From: an uncultured Dehalococcoidales bacterium
GTDB lineage: Bacteria; Chloroflexota; Dehalococcoidia; Dehalococcoidales; CAYYQY01
DNA: 64,000 bases
Direction of reading: 5' to 3'
Assembly (NCBI GenBank): GCA_964473905.1
Contig: CAYYQY010000002.1
Span: 7,683 to 71,682 of the forward strand
Under the pieces are notes generated by a model. It did not search any database, was not told the DNA's origin, and was given only the letters and a program-made list of their open reading frames with translations. Every line of letters begins with the position of its first letter. The stretch's first letter is position 1. Positions 55,177-63,252 of this stretch are shown here, piece by piece. The position numbers and the translations under genes were made by a program.

Positions 55177-56157
55177 TTGAGACGTCCTACTATTGCTACA
55201 GTAACTCTGAACCCCAGTCTGGACATTACTATTACTGTCCATGGACTAATACTAGACGACACGAATCGGTGGTCTAATTCACGTATCTATGCTGGCGGTA
55301 AAGGTATCGCCGTATCCCGTGCCATCCATGAGATGGGTGAGCGGACGGTAGCCCACGGCTTTATTGGTGGTTCTCCTGGCAGAAACGTTGAAATCCTGCT
55401 GGATGAGGAGGGAGTCCCCTTCGCTTTAACTCCTGTTGAGCATGAAACGCGCACCAATTTTATCATTACTGACAGCAAGACCATGCAGCACACGCGGATT
55501 GATGCGCCGGGCCCCCGTATCTCCCAGAGGGAATTTGACAGGTTTCGGAGTAAACTGCGGCAAATAGACCCTAAGCCGGCACTTATTGTGGTCGGTGGCA
55601 GTGTGCCCCCCGGTGTAGCGGCCAACATCTACTATGACATGATTAAAGAAGCCAGTGATTTCGATGTAAAGTGTATCCTGGACTCTGACGGCCAGTGGCT
55701 GGAGGAGGGGATAAAAGCCAAGCCTTACCTCGTTAAGCCCAATGTTCGGGAAGCAGAGGGGCTGCTCAAGAGAGAGTTGGGTGATGAGGAGTCTATTATT
55801 GAGGCTGCCTGCGAAATCGTGGACAGGGGTGTTAAGATAGCCGTTATCTCCATGGGTAAAGAAGGCATTATCGCGGCGACTAAGGAAAAAATAGTCAAGG
55901 CATTACCTCCCGGCGTAAAGGTCAAGAGTACCGTGGGTGCCGGGGACTCGGCGGTAGCCGGGCTCAGTTTAAAACTGGCTTACAGAGAGTCTCTGATAGA
56001 GGCCTGCCGTTTGGCTGCGGCTATGGGAACGGCCGCTGTTTTAACTCCGGGCACCGAGCTTTGTCACCGGGCCGATGTGGAAAGGATACTGCCGCTGGTA
56101 CAGATTTCGGAGGTAGCCACGGCAAAGCGTAGCCGGGAAGCCTTTACCCCGGTTTAA
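55177..56157 (+). CDS. PfkB-family sugar-phosphate kinase (1-phosphofructokinase / tagatose-6-phosphate kinase-like)
   Basis: IATVTLNPSLD, AGGKGIAVSR and VGAGDSAVAG. The TTG at 55177 lies 1 nt after the aldolase stop and is preferred. The ORF track starts at 55093, inside the aldolase gene. Confidence 0.8.
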   Translation: MRRPTIATVTLNPSLDITITVHGLILDDTNRWSNSRIYAGGKGIAVSRAIHEMGERTVAHGFIGGSPGRNVEILLDEEGVPFALTPVEHETRTNFIITDSKTMQHTRIDAPGPRISQREFDRFRSKLRQIDPKPALIVVGGSVPPGVAANIYYDMIKEASDFDVKCILDSDGQWLEEGIKAKPYLVKPNVREAEGLLKRELGDEESIIEAACEIVDRGVKIAVISMGKEGIIAATKEKIVKALPPGVKVKSTVGAGDSAVAGLSLKLAYRESLIEACRLAAAMGTAAVLTPGTELCHRADVERILPLVQISEVATAKRSREAFTPV

Positions 56158-56190
56158 GCGGAATCTATAATATATAGCACCGGTTGGCGT

Positions 56191-57015
56191 TCACGCTGAC
56201 AGGTGTTTTTTTATTTTGGGGATAGCTTCTTGAGCGGCGAGTTTACCCTGTATAATGCAGTCCTCGGCCAGCTGGAAATCAGCGGGACCAATATGCGCTA
56301 CACGGGGTTTAATAGCTATATCGGCGTTCTTTAAACAGGACTTGGTAAGAGAGTGAGTGCCGATATAGACGGATTGCATAAGTATATGGAAGACATTAGG
56401 CTCTTTGGAGCCCCTGGTTTTATTCTGGTCTATCCAGTGCCCCCTGTCCCTTTTGGTAATATCGGGAAGCACATTTACCGCTATTATGTAGTCTGCCCCC
56501 ATCTTTTTCAGGATGCTGGCCGGCACCGGGTTTACCAGCCCGCCGTCAACCAGGTATCTATCGTCTCGCTTGACCACCGTGAATATGCCGGGAATGGAGA
56601 TGCTGGCTCTTACGCCGTCGATTACCAGGCCTTCATCTACTACGACTTCCTCGCCGGTCATTATGTCGGTAGCCACACAGGCAAAGGGTATGTTCAGCTC
56701 GCTGAAGCTTACACGGTTACCGATAAGTGATTTGAACCAGTCCTCTATTTTCTTACCGCCGATTAGCCCGGTTCGGGGCAGGACTAAGTCCACCAGCGGC
56801 GCCAGACGTAGCCAGCGTAGCTCCGTAGCCAGAGTCTTAAGGCGGCCCGGTGTTAGCCCACGGGCATAAAGGGCACCAACTACAGCACCGGCACTGGTGC
56901 CGGCAATCATGTCAACAGGGATGCCCTCTTTTTCCAGTACCTGGAGCACGCCGATATGGGCTATGCCGCGGGCGGCACCGCTCCCCAGGGCCAGCCCTAT
57001 CTTCTTATCAGACAA
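56191..57015 (-). CDS. Patatin-like phospholipase (RssA/COG1752-type)
   Basis: GSGAARGIAHIGVL (oxyanion hole), GTSAGA (GxSxG) and VDGGLVNPVP (catalytic Asp). Confidence 0.88.
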   Translation of the reverse strand: MSDKKIGLALGSGAARGIAHIGVLQVLEKEGIPVDMIAGTSAGAVVGALYARGLTPGRLKTLATELRWLRLAPLVDLVLPRTGLIGGKKIEDWFKSLIGNRVSFSELNIPFACVATDIMTGEEVVVDEGLVIDGVRASISIPGIFTVVKRDDRYLVDGGLVNPVPASILKKMGADYIIAVNVLPDITKRDRGHWIDQNKTRGSKEPNVFHILMQSVYIGTHSLTKSCLKNADIAIKPRVAHIGPADFQLAEDCIIQGKLAAQEAIPKIKKHLSA

Positions 57016-57047
57016 CTTCTCTGGTTGCCCCCGTTAAGATTATTATT

Positions 57048-57539
57048 TTAAGTGTTATTTATTCCAAGGAACCAGGGACGGATAGTAAACCACCGGGCGG
57101 GGTACAGGAACAGAATAATCAGGGGTAAAATAAGCATCCCGATATCCATGTACAGGGCCTGTAAAGTGGACATGTAGTAGCCCAGGAAAGAGTTTTCAAT
57201 GGCTCCAAAGCAACCGCAGGGCTCTTTGGCCATACCATTAATGGTTAGGCTATTATTGAAGATAAAAGCGGCGATAAGCACTATAGAGCCGCTGGCGGCT
57301 ATCCTGGCTAAGATTCCGGTTACCAATAAGGCACCAGCGACGATTTCTATGGTAGGTAGCCAGAAAATAATTGTCTTAAGTAAGACAGGCGTGAGAAACA
57401 TCTCGGCGGGCAGGGCGATAACCAGCCCTTCACTCTGCTCCGGTAGCTTCCCTGAGCCCGCGGTGATAAAAATAGCCCCCAGAATGATACAGGCGGCTAC
57501 CCCCAGCCAGAATCTAAAGCCACGTCTTTTTAATCCCAC
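57048..57539 (-). CDS. MauE/DoxX-family membrane protein
   Basis: 163 aa, 4 TM segments, with the CGCFG motif typical of MauE-like proteins. The GTG start overlaps the herA stop by 10 nt. Confidence 0.6.
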   Translation of the reverse strand: MGLKRRGFRFWLGVAACIILGAIFITAGSGKLPEQSEGLVIALPAEMFLTPVLLKTIIFWLPTIEIVAGALLVTGILARIAASGSIVLIAAFIFNNSLTINGMAKEPCGCFGAIENSFLGYYMSTLQALYMDIGMLILPLIILFLYPARWFTIRPWFLGINNT

Positions 57540-59167
57540 AGTTCCTCTATGTATTTTGTCGGTTGTTCCCGAAGCTTACCGTAACCGCCCGTCATATAAT
57601 CCCCGTAGGAAGCGGCTGAACCCCATTCGCGGGGCTGGAAGGGTACCGGCATGGGCACCGCATGGCCGAAAATCAGTGCCTGCTGTTTGGGTGCCAGCCG
57701 GCTCAGCACGGCTTTAAGCTCGTTTTTACCCGGCGTTCCGGCCAGCACGCTGTCAATATCTCTTTCGTTGTCCAGGAGGCAGGTAATCTTGGTTCCCATC
57801 TGGGACATAATCTCCTCGTCTATGCTGCTGGGACGCTGGTCAATCACAAGCAGGGTGGCGTTATACTTTCTCATTTCACGGGCAATCGTGCCGAAGATAG
57901 TCCTGCCGGCAACCTCGGGGTTAAGGAACTTATGGGCTTCCTCAATGGTTATCACCAGAGGTCGGGGTGGCTCGCTGTTTTCCCCCATTGCCTTTTCTGT
58001 TCTCTCCTGATACCGTGCATATATGCGGCGGGTAAGCATGTTGGCTACCAGTAAATAGGAAGTGATATCCCGGTGGCGGCCGAACTCCAGGACCACGTTT
58101 ATACCACGGTCCAGTTTCTCCAGCACGGAGTTAACGGCATCGGACGGGCCTTCGGCATCCCTGGCAGCTTCTTGTATAAAGGGCAGCCGGGCGATGGTAG
58201 CCAGCCCCCGCTGCAGGTTTTGGAAGGTGCTCTCGTGTATATTCATCTCTTTTAATAATTCGTCTCTTTCCGTGCCGGAATCTTTTAGCTGCAGGGTGTT
58301 CTTGAGCCAGTTTCTGCCAAATCTCTTACGCAACTGGTAAACCGCTTCCACGGCGGGTTCGGTGAGGTTTAGTGTTTGACGCAGCAGTACCATGTCCTCG
58401 GGAACGATTTCGTCGTAGCCTATTCTGACCACGCAGTCAACACTTACTCCCCGGTGCCGTGAGTTTTCCTCGTCAAGGGTAAAGACAGCCACCTTTTCCG
58501 GGAAAAGCTGCTTGAGCGCTTGCACCTTGTATCCTGATTCGCTGCTTCCTTCCCAGCCGTACTCGTTGTGCATATCAAAGATAAGGTTTACCGCCTTGCT
58601 CTTCTGCAGCATGCCAGCCAGTAGAATACGGGTCAGGAAGGTCTTGCCGGTGCCGCTTTTACCGAAAATACCGTTGGAACGTGTTACCAGCTTCTCCAGG
58701 TCAAGGCAGAGCTTGGTCTCCATGTCCAGCGGGTTGCCGATATGAAATCTCTGCTCGTCCTCTTTACCAAAGACAAGCTCTATATCCCGTTCCGTGGCTA
58801 TGTTGACTGCTGAGAAATGGCCTGGTACTGTCTTCACCGGCTGGGGACCATCAAGCAGGGTACTCACATCACTGCCAATGGTAAGCATCGGCAGGACATG
58901 GACTATACCGTAGGTGCTGGTGCCGACGAGAACCTCGGCGGTGAAGGGATCAGAGGTGTCGGGCGGGGTAATGGTAAGTTTCGGGTCGGTAACAGCCAGG
59001 CTGATATCGGTAATCATGCCAAAAAAGCGCTGTTTTTGCCCTTCGATGGTTACGTAACGCCCGACGGTAACGTCTTCTATGGAAGCCCGGCTATCAAGCC
59101 GTATCTCCATCCCTTTGGCCAGCGAGCCAGCGACAACGATGCCCAGGCGGTACTCCTCCTGGTTCAT
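57530..59167 (-). CDS. herA: HerA-like FtsK/HerA-superfamily ATPase (DUF87)
   Basis: N-terminal HAS-barrel-like segment (VGRYVTIEGQKQRFFGMITDI), Walker A GIFGKSGTGKTFL, Walker B LVITIEEAHKF, and LLVIDQRPS. Confidence 0.8.
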   Translation of the reverse strand: MNQEEYRLGIVVAGSLAKGMEIRLDSRASIEDVTVGRYVTIEGQKQRFFGMITDISLAVTDPKLTITPPDTSDPFTAEVLVGTSTYGIVHVLPMLTIGSDVSTLLDGPQPVKTVPGHFSAVNIATERDIELVFGKEDEQRFHIGNPLDMETKLCLDLEKLVTRSNGIFGKSGTGKTFLTRILLAGMLQKSKAVNLIFDMHNEYGWEGSSESGYKVQALKQLFPEKVAVFTLDEENSRHRGVSVDCVVRIGYDEIVPEDMVLLRQTLNLTEPAVEAVYQLRKRFGRNWLKNTLQLKDSGTERDELLKEMNIHESTFQNLQRGLATIARLPFIQEAARDAEGPSDAVNSVLEKLDRGINVVLEFGRHRDITSYLLVANMLTRRIYARYQERTEKAMGENSEPPRPLVITIEEAHKFLNPEVAGRTIFGTIAREMRKYNATLLVIDQRPSSIDEEIMSQMGTKITCLLDNERDIDSVLAGTPGKNELKAVLSRLAPKQQALIFGHAVPMPVPFQPREWGSAASYGDYMTGGYGKLREQPTKYIEELWD

Positions 59168-59757
59168 TGCCTTATCCCTCCCAGGATAGTCCTGAGCTGG
59201 TCATATTGACTGCCGAGCAGCACGGCCAGCTCTTTGCCGGCGGCTACCAGAAAGGCACGGCGGTCCTCATGGGCCTGGCTTATATAGCGAAGCGAGGCAG
59301 CGACCAGCTCGTTCGGGGGCAAGGGTAAGTGTGTATTTATCAGTATATTGAGAAAATTAAGGGAGCTACTGAACTCCCGGGTCTCTTCTTGGGAGCACAG
59401 GTGGACAAAGCCGTGTATGTGTGCTGGCACCGGCGGCAGATAGTGATAGACGCTATTATCCTGACGGTAGCCAGTAACCAGGGCGGTAAAATCACTGCAC
59501 AGCAGCTCCTTAAGCTGCGGGCTGGAGCTATAGATTGCTTCCTCGCTGGTCTCGTTCTTGCCGCGGGCTATAGCGCGCCGCCCCGGATCAATACTGCCGG
59601 TAGTGGCGTTATAGACTATTCCGTAAAGTTCGAGCGGTGCGGCTTTCGTCTTGACCAGGCTGCCGAAGGGTGGTAGCTCGAAAAGCTCGTAGCACTGGGC
59701 GGTAAAAACGGTAGTGCTCGCCTCAATAACCTCACCTACTCTTTGTCCTTCTTTCAT
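59164..59757 (-). CDS. Hypothetical protein translationally coupled to herA (N-terminus weakly HAS-barrel-like)
   Basis: 197 aa. The stop overlaps the herA ATG (ATGA). VGEVIEASTTVFTAQCYE...GSLVKT...LYGIVYN is a beta-rich pattern; I recognise no family. Confidence 0.5.
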   Translation of the reverse strand: MKEGQRVGEVIEASTTVFTAQCYELFELPPFGSLVKTKAAPLELYGIVYNATTGSIDPGRRAIARGKNETSEEAIYSSSPQLKELLCSDFTALVTGYRQDNSVYHYLPPVPAHIHGFVHLCSQEETREFSSSLNFLNILINTHLPLPPNELVAASLRYISQAHEDRRAFLVAAGKELAVLLGSQYDQLRTILGGIRQ

Positions 59758-59807
59758 GGCTAAGTCTCTGTCTCTTCTCTGTCAGCTGTTATAAATCCTT
59801 GCTGCCC

Positions 59808-60650
59808 TCAGTCCCAGTGTATTTTTATATCGTTAACGATGCCCGGGGGTTCAAACCAGCTATGGCCTAGGTCTTTACCACTCTCTTCCAGGGCTGTTCT
59901 TTTATCATCCAGGCTTGCTTCCCAGGCTTCAATTTTAACCAGTTCGGTTGAGTCTTTACGGAAAGACTTGCCGCGGACCTCTTCGTTGTAGGCCATTACC
60001 TCCTGGTTATACTCATTAAGCAATTTATTGCGCTCATGCCAGGTTGCTTTGTACTGTTCATAGTAGGCATATGTCTGCGATTTAGCTTTGGTTATGTCTA
60101 TGAGACCGTATTCTTTGCCCGTCTCTAAATAGGCCAATGTATCGTAGTTAAAACCGTTATTAAGCCCCAGGGCAGTGGCCTCTTGTATTTTCGATTCTAC
60201 TAAAGCCAGGGAAGCCGGGTTCATTTTTTCCTCCAGAGAGTCGCCGGTGCAATCAATGTAAATCAGGCCCTTATCCGTAGTCTCAAAAGCATTCAGGGCG
60301 TGTCCCTCGCTTGTCCCGGCGAATTTTATGCTTACCCAGGCAGCCCTGATGCCGGCTGCTTCGGCGTTATTATGGACATCCTCGGCGAAATCACTGCACA
60401 CGTAGCTTTGCGCAACATAGGTATTGGCATCTGTCCTGTCCTTAATGATGAAATCCAGAAGCTCGGCATAGGTGGGGTTATGGGCATCGGGATTGTTTAT
60501 TAACTGAATCGGGTTACCGTCTCCGCCGATTTCAATTATACCGTCATTGTAAATTTCCTCCGTGACTATACTGCAGCCGGCAATCAGACTGGCGAGACAC
60601 AGCAGTATCCCGAGAACATAGTACGAATGCCGGATAAGCTTGCCGCTCAC
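59808..60650 (-). CDS. Lipoprotein with a transglutaminase-like Cys-His-Asp core
   Basis: Lipobox LIAGC after a signal peptide. YVCSDFAEDVHNNAEAAGIRAAWVSI...EGHALNAF...LIYIDCT resembles the transglutaminase-like cysteine-peptidase core. The C-terminal part is coiled-coil-like. Confidence 0.45.
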   Translation of the reverse strand: MSGKLIRHSYYVLGILLCLASLIAGCSIVTEEIYNDGIIEIGGDGNPIQLINNPDAHNPTYAELLDFIIKDRTDANTYVAQSYVCSDFAEDVHNNAEAAGIRAAWVSIKFAGTSEGHALNAFETTDKGLIYIDCTGDSLEEKMNPASLALVESKIQEATALGLNNGFNYDTLAYLETGKEYGLIDITKAKSQTYAYYEQYKATWHERNKLLNEYNQEVMAYNEEVRGKSFRKDSTELVKIEAWEASLDDKRTALEESGKDLGHSWFEPPGIVNDIKIHWD

Positions 60651-60690
60651 TTAAAAAAACTCTCCGCTGTCTTTTCTATATAGTAAGTTG

Positions 60691-61893
60691 TTATATCCAC
60701 CTTGTCCTCTTGCTCAGACTCTTGGCAGAGCCGGTGCCGGCTATATTTTCTCTAGCCAGGACTGATTCCACCAGTTGCCAGAAGGCGGTCCTGTCCGCTT
60801 CGGTTACGACTGCCTTTTCATGGGCTTCCATCAGGGCTACCGGATAGCCATGACCACGGCGGCACTGGTCTGAAATTAGCGCGTGGGCCAGGTTAAGCAG
60901 GCTGTCGCTGGTGGCTACCCAGCCCGGTATCTCAATCCGGGCGATTTCACTGTCATCTACTTTAAAGTAGAAAAAATAAACCTGGTGGTACCCATAGTGC
61001 TTGATAACGGTAGAAGACTGGCTGGCAAATATGTCTGATCTTTCATTCGGGCCCAGCAGCGCCCGGAACAGGTCCTGGTCACGTATACCGGCCAGCGCAT
61101 CGCATTCCCTTGTGGTGCAGTTTGAGCAGTAGCGGTCGGTATCTACTATTTCCTTGGGGCACAGGGCCACCCGCAGGGTATTTACTACATCGGTACCGCG
61201 TGGCGAGCTGATATACCCGCCAAGGGTAATCTGCCTGCTTTTATTAAGACTATTAATTTGTTCCAGACTGTGCAGAAATCCCTGCTCCAGCAGTGCCCGG
61301 GTAACGAACTCCGGGTAAGCCTCCAGGCTCCACAGGATTAGCGAGCCGTCAACCAGAGCCAGGCTTTTACTGTCAGGCGGTAGCTCCGCAGCCAGTCTGG
61401 CCAGCTCTCCACACTCGTCCACGCTGCGCTTGATGTTGAGCAGGGCACCTTCAATGGGTTGCTCGCGGTTTTTACTACCCTCGGCCCTGATGGTTAAGTC
61501 TTCATCGTCAAAGTAAAGGCGCGGCGAGTTATCCAGGGTAGCACCGGGGCTGCTACCGTACTGGATACTTGATGAGCCGGTATTAATCAGAAAACATCTT
61601 GTCGACCGGTGCCGGTCAACATCAATCTGAGAGCCGTCAGCGGCCACCACGGTGAAGTTTTGGGGAGGGGGCGGGGCATGGTATCGCTCATCCAGACCGT
61701 TTACCAGGCCGGCTACCAGCCAGGTAGTTTTACTGGCGGTAATCTTATGCTTTAGCCCGGGTATGTCCTTAGCCCGGGCGTGGAGGGTATCCAGCGCATA
61801 ATGTAACCGTGTGTCTTGCTCGTTACGGCCAGCCTTGAGGCTGGATATCATCCCTGTCACCTGCGTAGCTACTTTAGTTAAGTCCAGCGACAT
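60691..61893 (-). CDS. nurA: NurA-domain nuclease
   Basis: VVAADGSQI (catalytic Asp), LALVDGSLILW and GHGYPVALMEAHEKAVV; the bacterial NurA layout over about 400 aa. Confidence 0.75.
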   Translation of the reverse strand: MSLDLTKVATQVTGMISSLKAGRNEQDTRLHYALDTLHARAKDIPGLKHKITASKTTWLVAGLVNGLDERYHAPPPPQNFTVVAADGSQIDVDRHRSTRCFLINTGSSSIQYGSSPGATLDNSPRLYFDDEDLTIRAEGSKNREQPIEGALLNIKRSVDECGELARLAAELPPDSKSLALVDGSLILWSLEAYPEFVTRALLEQGFLHSLEQINSLNKSRQITLGGYISSPRGTDVVNTLRVALCPKEIVDTDRYCSNCTTRECDALAGIRDQDLFRALLGPNERSDIFASQSSTVIKHYGYHQVYFFYFKVDDSEIARIEIPGWVATSDSLLNLAHALISDQCRRGHGYPVALMEAHEKAVVTEADRTAFWQLVESVLARENIAGTGSAKSLSKRTRWI

Positions 61894-61929
61894 CTCTATT
61901 TTAGTCCTTCTTGATAGTAAGTTTATGGC

Positions 61930-62625
61930 CTAGGCCATAAATAGGATACGCCCGCAATTACTGCACTGTACCAGTTTATGGGTCCTGACCTGCTGTAAAT
62001 GAGCCGCGGAGAGAGAGATATGACATCCCTGGCAGATTCCCTGCTCCACCCTGGCTACGGCGTTGCCCCTCTGCTTTTTGAGTTTACTGTATATTTCAAG
62101 TGTCTCCTGGTCTATGCCGTCGGATATTGTTTTACGCTCCTTGCCCAACTGGGCAAGAGTTAGCTTGAGCTTTTCTATCTCACCGGATAGTCTCTGCTGC
62201 TCGCCTTGCCATTCAGTTTCCAGCTTTTTTAGTTTGCTTCCGGTTTCGGCTATGCTGGACTCGGTCTCTTCCGTTTGTTCCATTATCTCCAGAGCTTTGT
62301 CCTCAAGCTGACTGCGCCGGGAACTGAATCCCCCCACTTCATGCTGGAGGCTGGCCAGTTCCTTGGGGTTAACTATATGGCCACCGTATAGCTTTTTTCC
62401 GGCATCGGTGATTTTGGTTGTCAGGTCGTCTATATCCCATTCCAGGGAGTGCTGTTGTCGCTTGAGTTCCTCAAGGTGCGCCGACCCCGATGCTAATTTA
62501 CTCCGGGTCTTATTAATCTGCGCACTCTCTCCAAGCTGACCGGTGGCCTGTTTTAGGGCTTTTTCGCTGGTTTCAATTTGAAGGTCAAGCTCTGATAGAT
62601 AGTAAAGCTGACTGGCAACACTCAT
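61930..62625 (-). CDS. Coiled-coil protein with a C-terminal C4 zinc ribbon (COG1579/DUF164-like)
   Basis: Long heptad region and then CQGCHISL...CSNCGRIL. Confidence 0.7.
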   Translation of the reverse strand: MSVASQLYYLSELDLQIETSEKALKQATGQLGESAQINKTRSKLASGSAHLEELKRQQHSLEWDIDDLTTKITDAGKKLYGGHIVNPKELASLQHEVGGFSSRRSQLEDKALEIMEQTEETESSIAETGSKLKKLETEWQGEQQRLSGEIEKLKLTLAQLGKERKTISDGIDQETLEIYSKLKKQRGNAVARVEQGICQGCHISLSAAHLQQVRTHKLVQCSNCGRILFMA

Positions 62626-62862
62626 TCATTCACCGATTGTATTTATAATTATAGGCTATTTTATACCAGCTACCAGACAATATCAATTTATCACCGTAAA
62701 AAGGTGACAAAATGGTGTTGTCATAACAGAACAAATGTGCTACTATCTACAGCACACATGGCGGCGGGAGGGCTATGGGATTATTGAGATCAGCTATTGA
62801 AAGCCGGAGATGGGGCTTGGCCGCTCATACTATAGTTCTGGCTGCTGTCAAGCTACTTAACG

Positions 62863-63237
62863 ATGGAGAAAGACCAGATGGTCACAGAAGGAAAAAAGAA
62901 ACGGGGAGCTCCCAAGGGCAACCAGAACGCCAGAAAGCACGGTTTCTATTCGAAGGTGCTGGATGAGGCGGAACAGCTTGATTTTGAGCAGGCCTGCGGG
63001 GTTGACGGTATGGATGACGAGATTGCCCTGCTGAGGGTAAAGATTAAGTCCATTCTTACTTATGACCCGGAGAACGTCAAACTGATTATGCAGGCCACCA
63101 ATATACTGGCCAGGCTTATCAAGACAAAATATAACATCTCCAAGGATCAGAAGAAGGGGCTAAAAGAGGCGATAGGTAATGTGCTGCGGGATGTGGCTTT
63201 GCCACTGGGTATTGGTATCGGGACGGCTATTAAGTAG
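62863..63237 (+). CDS. Putative phage terminase small subunit
   Basis: N-terminal GAPKGNQNARKHGFYS motif, common in phage small-terminase-like proteins, followed by a helical region. Sits immediately upstream of the large terminase. Confidence 0.5.
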   Translation: MEKDQMVTEGKKKRGAPKGNQNARKHGFYSKVLDEAEQLDFEQACGVDGMDDEIALLRVKIKSILTYDPENVKLIMQATNILARLIKTKYNISKDQKKGLKEAIGNVLRDVALPLGIGIGTAIK

Positions 63238-63252
63238 TGAGCCGTTATTTAA

